From: an uncultured virus (IMG/VR IMGVR_UViG_3300042261_001262)
Taxonomy: Duplodnaviria > Heunggongvirae > Uroviricota > Caudoviricetes
Reading direction: 5' to 3' (one strand)
IMG/VR virus record: IMGVR_UViG_3300042261_001262
DNA: 64,000 nucleotides
The position numbers and the translations under genes are program-made. The first letter of the stretch is position 1. Every line of letters starts with the position of its first letter. The notes beneath the pieces were generated by a model, which worked only from the letters and a program-made list of their open reading frames with translations, was not told the origin of the DNA and did no database searches. Of the stretch, positions 10,512-22,300 are shown piece by piece.

Positions 10512-13500
10512 ATGTCCTTACCAATTTTAGACTTCAGTACACCTGAAGAGTATGTTAATTATTATTACGAACTTCTTAAACAAGATCTTGCCGTTTATGA
10601 TATTAAAATATCCAAAGTTGGTTTTCTTGGTTTTATTCTTAATATTTTAGGTTATACACATTTTGATCTTAAGACTTATTATGATGGTCTCTTTAAAGAA
10701 TCTTTTTTGGCCACAGCACAAGATGATGAGAGTTTATATTTACACGCTTCAATATATGGTTATATTCCACCATTTGCTACAGCATCAACAGCAACAGCAA
10801 CAATAGGTTTTAATTTTGATACTGGATTACCACCTATAAGTCCTACTATTCAAAAAAGAGTAGTTATTGTTGGATACAAACCAACAGATCCAAATAATGT
10901 TACTACTTCTACAAAATTAAGGATTAAACCAACTTTTAAATATGATGATTATTTATTTACTATTGGTGCAATTTATAAATTTGTTCAGGAAAGATCTACT
11001 TCACCTGGTATTGATTTTAATTATTATACTGAAATAGTAACAGAAAATGGTCAAATTATTAACTATCCATCCAGCACATCTAACATACAAGTGCCGCTTT
11101 ATAGTACATATCAATATGAGGAAAAAGAAGCAATATTTACTGTTCCATCTTACAGTTTTGGTTCGTATTATCCATTTTATATAACTGTTGATGATGGAAC
11201 TTTTATTTCTGATATTGAAGTGTATATTAATGAAACTGAATATAAAGTTCAATATATTAAATATTTATTTAAAGGAAATGACAATGTTGTCTTTTTAAAG
11301 AAGTTAACATCAACTATTTATATGCTCGAGTTTGGTTCAGGTGTAAGAGGTGCTTGGGTTTCCGGTAGAACTGCTAGGATAGTTACAAGAACATCTTATG
11401 GATCAAAAGGAAATTTAATAAATAGCAATTCTGAACAGATTAAAGTTTTAGCAAATAATACGATACTTGAATTTGAATATCAAACTTTAACTGATATTAA
11501 TCCACAAAATGGAGCTTTATTAGATAGTGTTTATGTTGATTTTGATCATTCAACCGGTGGTGTTGATACACTTATTAATGAAGAATTACGTGATAATATA
11601 GTTAACTATGTTCAAACTAGAAATAATCTTGTCAGTGAACAAGATTTTTACAATATAGCTTCTCAATATGATTTTTTAAATGATTTTAAATTTTTGTTTA
11701 AAAAATATCTGGTTTACAATAATATATTTTATCTTTGTAAGAGTTTTAGAAAAAGAGATCAAACAATATGTTATTCAACGAATTATACAACAAGTTGTAT
11801 AGATCTTTCACAACAAGTTCAAAATGTATCATTATCAACATCAACAACAGGTGGATTTTTATTAGATGGAGATTATGGTTATTGTGTTGTAGCTTGTGAT
11901 TATTGGGGAAGAACTGTTCCAACAACTGAAGTTACAATTACTGTTCCTTCTGGTACTGAAACTAATACAATTACAGTTACATGGGATGAATTTGAAGGAG
12001 CAAATTCTTATAGAATATATGGTAGAACACCTTCAGATACGGAAACAATATATTGGGAAGTTGATGGAAGCACACTTTCGTTTACTGATATAGGTGTTGA
12101 ATTTGGAACCTTGACTGTCCCTTCAGTTCCATCAATCAATAATATTACATCGTCAACTTCTTCAACAGGTGGAACTTTATCAGATGGTACGTACACGTAC
12201 TACATTTCAGCACATGATTCAATAGATGCTAAGCTCGCAGAAAGTAGTACATCGGTTATTGTTTCATCTGGAACAGATACCAATACTATCACAATTAATT
12301 GGTCTGCAACAACAGGAACGTCATACTATAGAATTTATGGCAGAACTGAATATGATCAAATTATGTATTGGGAATTAGCATCTACATTTCACACAATCAC
12401 AGATACGGGTTCAGATGGTACAATTATTCTCACATCTACTTCTACTGGAGGATTTTTACCAGCAGATAATTATGGATATTACGTTGTTGCATATGATGTA
12501 ACTGATACAATTTTATTAGCAAAACAAGTAAAAATTACTATACCGTATGGTACGGATACTAATGTAATTACGATTGATTGGCCAGCAGTGACAGGGACTT
12601 CATATTATCGTGTCTATGGAAGAACTGTAGATTCACAAAATATTTATTGGAGATTAGATTCTTCAATATTAACTTTCATAGATACTGGTGTTTTAGCATA
12701 TTATGAGTTCGTTCCTACTAGTTATAGTTTACAAGATTTAGTTTTTCTTCCAGAGTTTACAATTGACAGACAACACTTTATTAGTCCTTTTATATATAAA
12801 GGTAATACTAGAATGGGATATTTTGATGGATATCTGATGAATCATGTGCTTTTAGTGTATTTTTCTAATATAATTATAGAAGAAGATACACCTTCAAATA
12901 TTATCATCGGAACAGATTTTAGTATTCCATCATTATTTTTAAATTTAAAATATGATCAGGTTTTTAGAAAAACTATTGTTGAATTAAGATCGTTTCAAGA
13001 TATTAAAGATTTAAAATTTTATATTGATATTATTAATTCATCAATGACTGTTAAAGAAAAAGAAATGAAGCTATGTTTTGATACTGATTATTATTTTAAG
13101 TATGATTATTTGAATTCTAGCACATTTGGTTTATTTGAAGATGAAGTTCAGATAAAAATATATGTTTATAGATATAATGATGAATTAAGCTCTCCAGCTT
13201 GGCAAAAGATTTTTACATGTGAAACGGCAAACTTTTATCAAACCTATAATATTTCTGATCAATTATGTCTTCTTAAATATGTATCTAGTGGATCTAATTA
13301 TATAACAAATATCCCTATAATGGATTTTAATGTTTATGATGAAGAAAAAGATTTTTATATCAATAAACTTTATAACTTTTTTCATGAAATGTTATTTCAA
13401 GAAAACAGAATGTTGACGGATAATGTTCAATGTAGATTTTTAAATTCATTTGAAATAGTATCTCCATATATTGAAGCCCAATATTTGGGTAATGGAACAA

Positions 13501-14474
13501 TGTTTAGTTCATTTAATTGGTTAAGCAATGTTTTAGAAGTGAGAGATTCTCCACCAACTCGTTTTAAAAATGGAGATAGATTTTTAGTTTCTAAAACACC
13601 AAGTGGAGATTTTGCCGGTTATGCTGATTATATTGCAGTATATATTGATGAATCTCCAATTCCCGCATATTGGAATTTTATTACACCATTACCAGGTATG
13701 GCTTTTTATGTTGAAGACTCTTTAGAATCATTATGTTATATGTCTTATAATTTACCAAATATAACATCAGAACCACCGACACCGGAAATTTCAAATATGG
13801 TTATAACATCATCAGGATCAGATGGGTTCTTATCATCTGGTACATATGGTTATTATGTTATAGCTTATAACAGTTCTGGTAAAATAATTGCTGCCAAGAG
13901 AGATACAATTACAATTGCATCTGGTACAACAAATAGTATAATAATTACATGGGATGAATTTACTGACGCTTCTTATTATCGCATTTATGGTAGATCAGCA
14001 ACTACAAGTTTAGTATTAACTGATTTCATATACTGGGAAACAAGTTTATTAACTTTTACAGATGTAGGAACAATATGGTTTAATTTGCCAACTATAAAAT
14101 TGCCTTTAAAAATAAATATTTCACTCATTGTTGATAAAAATTATCTTGAAAAGAATAATATACTTCCAGCTAATGAAATTGATAGTTTAGAACTTGCTGT
14201 TGCCAGATATTTACAGAGATATCAAACCGGAGTTAATTTAGCATTTTATAATAGTCAAGTAGTTGATTTTGTGCATAATAATAGAGCTTTTATTAAATCT
14301 GTAACAGTAAATGTTACGGATTCTAATGGAACACAACTTAATGGTGGAATTGAAACAAGACCAGATAATGATATTCTTCAATTGTTACCAAATAAATTAT
14401 CAATTGTTGATTATGTTCCATCATATATTTATTGGGATGTTGACGATATAGCAATTTCATTTAACATTATTTGA
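10512..14474 (+). CDS. baseplate wedge protein (T4 gp6-like) with four FN3-like repeats
   Basis: ESFLATAQ..S.Y.HA...GY, LEFGSG..G, GGVD...EE, R.NLVSEQDF motifs; four YxYxVxA...ITW...YRIYGRT repeats. Confidence 0.75.
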   Translation: MSLPILDFSTPEEYVNYYYELLKQDLAVYDIKISKVGFLGFILNILGYTHFDLKTYYDGLFKESFLATAQDDESLYLHASIYGYIPPFATASTATATIGFNFDTGLPPISPTIQKRVVIVGYKPTDPNNVTTSTKLRIKPTFKYDDYLFTIGAIYKFVQERSTSPGIDFNYYTEIVTENGQIINYPSSTSNIQVPLYSTYQYEEKEAIFTVPSYSFGSYYPFYITVDDGTFISDIEVYINETEYKVQYIKYLFKGNDNVVFLKKLTSTIYMLEFGSGVRGAWVSGRTARIVTRTSYGSKGNLINSNSEQIKVLANNTILEFEYQTLTDINPQNGALLDSVYVDFDHSTGGVDTLINEELRDNIVNYVQTRNNLVSEQDFYNIASQYDFLNDFKFLFKKYLVYNNIFYLCKSFRKRDQTICYSTNYTTSCIDLSQQVQNVSLSTSTTGGFLLDGDYGYCVVACDYWGRTVPTTEVTITVPSGTETNTITVTWDEFEGANSYRIYGRTPSDTETIYWEVDGSTLSFTDIGVEFGTLTVPSVPSINNITSSTSSTGGTLSDGTYTYYISAHDSIDAKLAESSTSVIVSSGTDTNTITINWSATTGTSYYRIYGRTEYDQIMYWELASTFHTITDTGSDGTIILTSTSTGGFLPADNYGYYVVAYDVTDTILLAKQVKITIPYGTDTNVITIDWPAVTGTSYYRVYGRTVDSQNIYWRLDSSILTFIDTGVLAYYEFVPTSYSLQDLVFLPEFTIDRQHFISPFIYKGNTRMGYFDGYLMNHVLLVYFSNIIIEEDTPSNIIIGTDFSIPSLFLNLKYDQVFRKTIVELRSFQDIKDLKFYIDIINSSMTVKEKEMKLCFDTDYYFKYDYLNSSTFGLFEDEVQIKIYVYRYNDELSSPAWQKIFTCETANFYQTYNISDQLCLLKYVSSGSNYITNIPIMDFNVYDEEKDFYINKLYNFFHEMLFQENRMLTDNVQCRFLNSFEIVSPYIEAQYLGNGTMFSSFNWLSNVLEVRDSPPTRFKNGDRFLVSKTPSGDFAGYADYIAVYIDESPIPAYWNFITPLPGMAFYVEDSLESLCYMSYNLPNITSEPPTPEISNMVITSSGSDGFLSSGTYGYYVIAYNSSGKIIAAKRDTITIASGTTNSIIITWDEFTDASYYRIYGRSATTSLVLTDFIYWETSLLTFTDVGTIWFNLPTIKLPLKINISLIVDKNYLEKNNILPANEIDSLELAVARYLQRYQTGVNLAFYNSQVVDFVHNNRAFIKSVTVNVTDSNGTQLNGGIETRPDNDILQLLPNKLSIVDYVPSYIYWDVDDIAISFNII

Positions 14475-14491
14475 AAATTGAGGTTTAAAAT

Positions 14492-16366
14492 ATGATACAA
14501 GTACCACAATTCATAAAACAAAATATTAAAGATCAATTAATTAATTCTCCAAGTTTTAAACTTAAAACATCGAATGAGGTAGAGTGGTGGCGTTGCAGAA
14601 CTAATCCACTCTACTTCATTCTTAATTATGTTTATTTACCTGAAATTGGTAGTAGTATGAAATATACAAGAGAACATTTACATAACAAATTTAGAAGGGT
14701 CATATCATCGATTTCTAGGTATCACAGAAGTATACTTCTTGCTTCTCGGCAGTTAGGTAAGTCAAGTATTGCAGCATGTTTATTAGCTTGGGCTGCCACT
14801 TTCTTTCCAAATAATAGAATAGTTATTCTTAATTTTAGGAAAATGGCAGCTCAAGAAAATCTTAAAAAAATAAAATATGTAATAAATCATTTACCAGATT
14901 GGATGCAACCAGGCTATTTATCTAAAAGTGAAATTAAGGAATATGTTGAATTTAAGAATGGAACGAGAATAGATACATTCTATCCTTCAAGTACATCATC
15001 TCCAGATACATTAGCTCGATCCTTGAGTGTACCGATTTTATATATTGATGAGATGGCGTTTATTCCACATATGGATGAAATTTATGGTTCAGCACAGCCA
15101 ACTCTTTCAACTGCTAGAGATCAGGCCGCTAGAAACAATTATCCATATTTCATTTTTATGACATCAACTCCTAATGGTGTTGAAGGTGATGGTAAATTCT
15201 TTTATGAAATGTATTCTAATGGTATTGAAAGTGATGATTTATTTATAGAAGATCCAGATACACATTTAGATAATTGGGTTGAAGATATAGATCAATTAAT
15301 TGATCAACCGGATAAGAATAGTTTCATAAGAGTTAAATATCATTGGTCTGAAAATCCTGATAAAGATCTTGCTTGGTATGAACAACAAAAGAAGGAATTG
15401 AACTTTGATAGAAGAAAAATAAATCAAGAATTGGATCTTTTATTTGTTGGTAGTTCAAATTGTATCTTTGATGATGAAACTTTACAATCAATGATATCTA
15501 TTCAAAGAAATGATCAAATAACTTTAGCAAATCAAGTTAAACTTGATGTATATGATACAATTGATCCTAGGGACTATTACTTAATAGGAGTTGATACTGC
15601 TTCTTCTATTAAGGGAGCGTTTAATGCTTTAGAAATTTTCTCATACAGAGATTTTAATCAAATTGCTGAATCTAATGTTAGACTTGGTTCTTTAACAAAG
15701 TATGGAGAAACCGTAGATTCATTATTTAAATGGTTGCATAAGATTGTTGGTAATAGAATAATCTTGTGTATAGAAAATAATTCAATTGGCAAAGCAATTG
15801 TTGAACATTTATTATATCATGTTCAAGATTTTAATTATATACCATTTATTTATAAAGATTTAAAGAAAAAAGATATTCCTGGACAAGCAATTGATATTTC
15901 TGAATATGAATATGGTGTTAACACAAATACACGCACTAAAGAATTAATGGTTTCCTTACTTTATGATTATATTAAAGATAATCCAAGTTGTTTAAGATCT
16001 CAAGATTTTATTGCTCAATTAAGTACAATTCAGAGATCTAGTCGTGGCACTATAAAAGGTTCAGGTTTTAGTGATATGTTTATGGCTGCCAGTTTTTGTG
16101 CCTATGTTCGAAAAATGACAACTTTAGAAATTATGCCAATGTTGAGTTTTTCAAATGAACAAATTCAACAATCATTTTTCAATAATGTTAAATCTGTTGC
16201 TGACATGATGAATATTAAATTGGTAATTAATAAATCAACACAAACTGATGGATTATCTGATATTCGTACTATTGAACAAGATAATGCATTAATTGAACAA
16301 TCAAGAAAAGAAGTTGAAAATGGTGTAATTGATGACTGGAGTATATTTATGCCTATTTTTAAATAA
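14492..16366 (+). CDS. terL: terminase large subunit
   Basis: ASRQLGKS Walker A, LYIDE Walker B, TSTPNG coupling motif, IGVDTA/IENN nuclease motifs. Confidence 0.93.
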   Translation: MIQVPQFIKQNIKDQLINSPSFKLKTSNEVEWWRCRTNPLYFILNYVYLPEIGSSMKYTREHLHNKFRRVISSISRYHRSILLASRQLGKSSIAACLLAWAATFFPNNRIVILNFRKMAAQENLKKIKYVINHLPDWMQPGYLSKSEIKEYVEFKNGTRIDTFYPSSTSSPDTLARSLSVPILYIDEMAFIPHMDEIYGSAQPTLSTARDQAARNNYPYFIFMTSTPNGVEGDGKFFYEMYSNGIESDDLFIEDPDTHLDNWVEDIDQLIDQPDKNSFIRVKYHWSENPDKDLAWYEQQKKELNFDRRKINQELDLLFVGSSNCIFDDETLQSMISIQRNDQITLANQVKLDVYDTIDPRDYYLIGVDTASSIKGAFNALEIFSYRDFNQIAESNVRLGSLTKYGETVDSLFKWLHKIVGNRIILCIENNSIGKAIVEHLLYHVQDFNYIPFIYKDLKKKDIPGQAIDISEYEYGVNTNTRTKELMVSLLYDYIKDNPSCLRSQDFIAQLSTIQRSSRGTIKGSGFSDMFMAASFCAYVRKMTTLEIMPMLSFSNEQIQQSFFNNVKSVADMMNIKLVINKSTQTDGLSDIRTIEQDNALIEQSRKEVENGVIDDWSIFMPIFK

Positions 16367-16381
16367 GGAGAATTTTTAATT

Positions 16382-19300
16382 ATGCCTCCACCAAGCAGAA
16401 ATGTTCCTAATGAAGAATTAGCAAGAATGATGATGATGCTAAATGCTATGTCATCTGTTCCAAGTATCCAATCTCGTGGTACTCAAACAAGATCTGGTAG
16501 TACACCCATTAATAGGGTTAATGAAGAAAGATTTAATACTTTAAAAGGTCCAATATATAAAGCTCAAAAAGCAATGATGTGGCCTTCTATTGCTGGAACC
16601 ATGTTAATGGATTATCAACCTAAAATGGTTGAAGCACTTAAAAAATTAACTGGTAAAGATTTTTCGAAAGAAATATCTTCTACGTTAAGTATTCCTGGTG
16701 CTCTTGCTTATGGATTACCTTCAATTTTAAGTGCAGCTACTAAAACTTTAAGGTTACCGGCTGAAAAACAATATGCGAAACAATTAGGAATGGCTGGAAC
16801 CACATCTCGAGCTTTGGATTCACTTAGTATGATTCGACATCTAGGTAGAACTGCTCCGGTTTTTGCTGCTATGATGGCAAGTCCTAATCTTGGTAATATG
16901 GCAAGAAAAATTATACCAAGACCGGAAAATTTATTAACTGCCCCAGCTCTTGGTGCTTATGGAGCTACTAAAGGGATAGTTAAGGGTGCCGGAAGAGCAG
17001 CTGATTGGTTATCTGGTGGCGCAATATCATCTGGAATAAATGCTGTTAAAGGAACTCAAATAGGCGGAGCTGCCGCCGGAGTATTAAAGAAAGCTATAGG
17101 TGGAGCTAATGCTCAAATAACATCTAATATTCTTGGTGATCCTATGGGCCTTTCTTTAACACTTGCTGGTATTCAAATGGCAGCTGCTGTATGGAAAGGA
17201 ATAAAACTTCAAAAAATAAGACCAACGAGAAAAGCAGCATCAACACTTGAGAGGAAATATTCTGTATCTTCAGGTTTCACACAAGCGCTAGGTCAAGTTC
17301 AAAATACAATGATGACTGGTAAAACACCTCCGGAACAAATTATTGCTCAATTAGCAATGATACAATCACAATTATTAATAGCTATTGAACAACATGTTAG
17401 TCCGATAGGTGAAATATATGCAGAATTAGATATGATTCGACAAGAAAAAGAAAAAGGAACTACATCTTTTGGTAAAGAATATGGTGAAAGTATACTTGGT
17501 GATGAGAAAAAATCTTTTAGTCAAAAACTAATGGATAAAGTTGAAGGTTCATTAACCCATGCAATGACCAAGTATAATCCACTCACTCAATTAGCAAGTA
17601 CAGTTGTTGGTTTATTAAAAGGTAAGATTATATTACCGAAAGCAGAACAGGATAGAATTGCTAAAACATATGGATTTGATAATTATGAAAAAATGACTAA
17701 AGAGCAATCTTCCGAATTTGGCATATCAATACCTTTAATGAGATTACTGCAATCAGATTCGAAAAAGATAATTCAAATGGCTCCTACTTTTGAAGCTCAA
17801 CAGATAGCTTTATTATCAGCTATTTTTGATATTCAAAGACTAACAGCTCAAGAAACTATGACTATGCGTAAAGGCATGGGGTTTGATGATAATTTATTTT
17901 ATAGTGGTCCTGAAAGAGAAGGATTAATGTATTCTTTTAGGGAAATGGTTCGAAAATTAAATCCTATGAATTTACCAGGTGTTAATGCTCTTGTTAATTT
18001 AGCTAAATTACCATTTAAAATTCCTGGGCTAATTAGAAAAGGAGCTATGGGAGCTTATAAAGGAGCTAAAAATTTTATTTTTGGCTCAGAATATCAGGAA
18101 TTAGCAGAAGGTGGACTTGCTAAAAAAGTGGGAGCAACAAAGTCTACACAAGATAGAGCCTATGAGTTTTTATCAGAGGGTCTTCCAGATCAATTAGAAC
18201 GTTTAAGAGATGTTGGATTAGCACAATTAGATATGTTACAAAACATATTGGCTACTAATATGTTAATCTTACAAGCTCAAGGACTGAATTACACATATAA
18301 AAAAACCCAAGATTGGGGTAAAGAACATATTAGAGAATGGAATTATGTTGCTGGTAAATATCATAGTAAAACTGGTAGAGAAGATTGGAAAAATCAACTT
18401 TTTAAAGAATCACAGTTTGAAATGGAAACAGCTTTTAGACATGGGCCATTCGGACAATTATTACAAATGTTTGGAATGGGTGGTAGAGTTAAAAAAGAGA
18501 GAAATGCTTGGACTAGAAAATTTGGTAGTTGGGAACAGGAACATTTTGGTGCACGTACAACACAAGGACTTGGAGATATACTTCAAGATCTTATAGGTGA
18601 TATTGCTGGAGTGAGAACATCAGAAAGTGAGAAATTTTTCTCAACTGGTCAAGCAAAAGAAAAAAGACAATTTGATGAGAGTTTTTTAAGAAGACTCAAA
18701 AAAGGTTTAAAATGGTGGAAACCATTTAGTCAGGAAAGGCAAGAAGTAAGGGCTAGACAAAAAGAGATAGGATCATTAATTGGTCCTAGAGGTAAAGTAT
18801 CCGGTAGAGAATCTGCTTTTGAACAGGAACAAATATTAAGAGGTAATCTTGAACAACTTTTAGAACATGTTGCAGCTAAGGGCTTCGAAACAAATCAATT
18901 TGAACAAGGAATAACATCACAATTTAATCTTCATCAAGTTCAGGATGATATGTTAGGAGCTCTCAAGGCTATACGTGATATTTTACAAAGTTCTGTTTCT
19001 GTTAATGTTAGTGAAATTGGTGGAATTGATTTAGTTGGTAAAATTCCAACAAATGGTTCACCACAATTACCAGTATTTGCACATATAGATCTTACTGATC
19101 TTGTTCCAGCATATAGTGATTTACCATTAACTGATAGTGGTTTTATTAAAGTTGCTATGATGGAGGAAGGTGGACAAAAACTTCAATCTAAAACACCTTT
19201 TGTTGATGTTAATATTGCTGCAATTGCCGAAGAATTAGAATCTCCACCAGTTGTTCAATATGATCAAATGCATCTTCCAATGAATGAAAAACAATGGACT

Positions 19301-22300
19301 AATTTACAAAAACAAGCACGTGGTGGAAGAACTGGTTTTGGACCAATATTAGTTGGTGAAAAAGGACCAGAATTATTCGTTCCTGCCGCTGCAGAAGGAT
19401 TAGCTATTCCTGGAACTGGTACAATTTTACCGAATGATATTACTAGTTATTTAGCAAGTATGGATGAACATCTTAAAAAGATTTGTGGTTTTGATTCAGG
19501 ATTATATGAACTTCAAAAAGAATTACAAGAAGAAACTCTTCATGAGAAAATAGATAATATAGAGAAACAAAAGAAAGAAGAAAAGAAAGATAAATTGCAA
19601 TATGATATTTGGGATAGATTGAATAATATGTATAAAATAATGAAAAGTGATGAGAAAAGAAAAAGTTTATTAGATAAGTTAAAAGGATCTGGTTCAGATA
19701 TTTGGGATTTTATAAAGGGTCTTGGTTCAATGATACCATCATTTCTTTCAAATATTGGTTCACTTGCTGCTATTGCTGGAACTATTTATTTACTTTATAA
19801 AATTCTTAAAAAAGTTGGGCCTATGCTTAAAAGATTTGATGATTGGCTTAGCGAATCAGGAGTTAGCGTTAAACAGAGGATTGCAGGATATCTTCAAACA
19901 GCATCAACTACTGGTATAGGTCTTGGACACTATGCTATGGTTAAAACAAGGCAGTTAGCGGCTGTAGAAGAAGCTGCTAAAGCAGCTCATGAAGCCGCAC
20001 TTCCAAAAGCTACTAAATCACCAGGAATATTTTCTAAAGGTTTAGATTGGGTTAAAGGAAAATTAGGTGGTATTGGTGGTAAGGCAGCAACAGCTGGTGA
20101 ATGGAATATGGGAATGGCTGCTGAAGCCCAATTCGCTGAACAAGCAGGAATAGCTGGCAAAGCTGGCAAGGCTGGTGAATTTTTTAGCAAGGGAGCTGCA
20201 TTTCTTGAAAAAATATTTAAACCTCTTATGCCAATTTTTGAAGGAGTTTTGAAAGGACTTGAACCTATTGGAAAAATGTTATTGAAAGTTGGTAGAGTTC
20301 TTGGTAAACTTGCTACACCAGTTGCTATTGTTACAACAATTTGGGATTTTGTTTCTGATACTATTTCTGGATGGAAAGAAGGTGGATTTGCTGGTGCTAT
20401 TAGAGGATTCTTCGTTGGAAAAATGAAGGATGATCTTGAAACTGGATTAGGACAAGTTGGAAAATGGGCCGGTTTCGGGGCAATGGTAGGAACACCTATT
20501 GCTCCTATTTTAGGCACAATTGTTGGAGCTTTAATAGGAGCTGGAATAGGAGCATTAATAACTGGTATTAAGGGAATATTTATAGATTCTGAGAAGAAAG
20601 GAATTGGTACTGCTATATTTGATAATCTTTTTAGTAAAGATGGTGGATTATTAGCAGGTATTAAAGGTGCCGGTCTTTGGGCTGGTATTGGTGCTGCTGC
20701 TGGAACAGCAATTGTTCCTGGATTAGGTACAATAGTAGGAGCTCTTGTTGGTGGAGCAGTTGGTGGTATTATTAATTATTTCGGCACGGTTAAAATTGAA
20801 AATGCAAAAGAATTTATGGCTAATCTTGGTGTCAATAAATGGATTATCGATGGATTAGCTGAAGGATCATATGCAAGAAAATTTGCAGAATGGGGATCTT
20901 TTGTTCCTCTTATTGGTCCGATTGTTGGTGGAGTACTTGGGATAACTGTAGATATGTTTGTTGAGATATTTAAGGGAGCAAAGAAACTAGTTGGTTTCGC
21001 CAAAGATTTTCTTAAGAAATATTTTCCTTTTCTATTTCCAGATGAAGCAACTACAGCAGCTACAGAAAAAGCTTATGCAGAATCAGGAGCAGAAGGTGTA
21101 AGTCTTATTGGTGGATCTACTGCTCCTAATATAACATCAATTGCCGCTGAAGGAAAAGCAACAAATCAAGGATTATTAAATTTAACTAAACCTTCAGCAC
21201 CTGGTCCAAAACTTCCTGCTCCATCTACTCAAACAACTGCTGGGACTGCTGGGACTACTCCTCCATCTACTCAAACAGCAGATGGAACAAAACCTAGTGA
21301 TAGTCAATTAAAACAAAATGTTCAAATGGGAACTCCTGGAAAAAATGTTAAAGAATTAATTCAACAAGCTTCTGGAAAAACTGGAGCTCCAGCTGATACT
21401 ATGTTGAAGATTGCAGATGCAGAATCATCATTTCGACCTTGGGCAACTAATCCTGAGGGAACGGATGCTAGTCGTTCTGGTGCACAAAAAGGAGGAGCTA
21501 CAAGTGCCGGATTATTTCAATTCACAATGGATACATGGAATAACTCAATTAATAGATGGGGTTCTCGTTATGGCATTTTACCAGGTACTAGTCGACTAGA
21601 TCCATATGCTAATGCAATGTTGGGTGGAGAATTAATCAGAGATCATTATTCTGCACTTAGACAAGCTGGTATTACAGATATTACAGATGCTGATGTGTAT
21701 TCTGTTCATTTTACTGGTAATACTGCTTTAGCAAGGGCAGTAAGATCTAATCCAAATGAACCAATTCAAGATTTTATTTATAGAACATTTAGGAGTCGAA
21801 AAGTAGCTGCAGAAGCAATTGCTAAGAACCCGATGCTTCAACGAGGAACAGTTGGTTCGGTTTATTCAATATTAGCAAGAAAAGTAAAAGTTGATCCTTC
21901 TAAACTTTTAAGTAAAGCAGCTGGTGTAGATGTAAATGGGTTACCACAAACATCTCATGGAAATGATATTGTTCCTCCAGGAGGAACTCCAGAAGCTGCT
22001 AAAACATTTAATTTATTAGATATGGTCTCTAGCATGACTCAAGAAGCACAAAATTATGTAACTGAAAGATTTTTTGGTGGTGGGAGCGCTGGTAATGATG
22101 TCAGTCCTCCATCTATAGGTGGAAAACTTCCTTCAATGGTAGAAACAAAAGAAGAATTAGCAAGGAAGAAGGCTGTTGCATCTACTGAATCATATGTTCC
22201 TCCTCCAGTTGCATCAAGTACAACCAATATTAATCAACCTATTTCTTCAATAAATTCCATGAATCAAGTTAGTGGAACACCTGTAGATAGTTATATGGAT

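Noticed and set aside
11830..14070. Diversity-generating retroelement TR/VR pair
   Set aside because: Repeats are diverged protein-level domains without adenine-specific differences, and no reverse transcriptase is in the window.
14492..16366. Intein or intron in the terminase
   Set aside because: Continuous ORF of ordinary size with no splicing motifs seen.
19987..21003. Antisense and nested ORFs (e.g. 19987-20517, 20776-21003, 1026-1424, 35558-35935, 58416-58715, 61499-61975)
   Set aside because: Shadows of well-supported genes, with no motifs of their own.
21221..21277. Short direct repeats (CCATCTACTCAAACA x2, ACTGCTGGG x2) in the tape measure gene
   Set aside because: In-frame P/S/T/G linker before the SLT domain.
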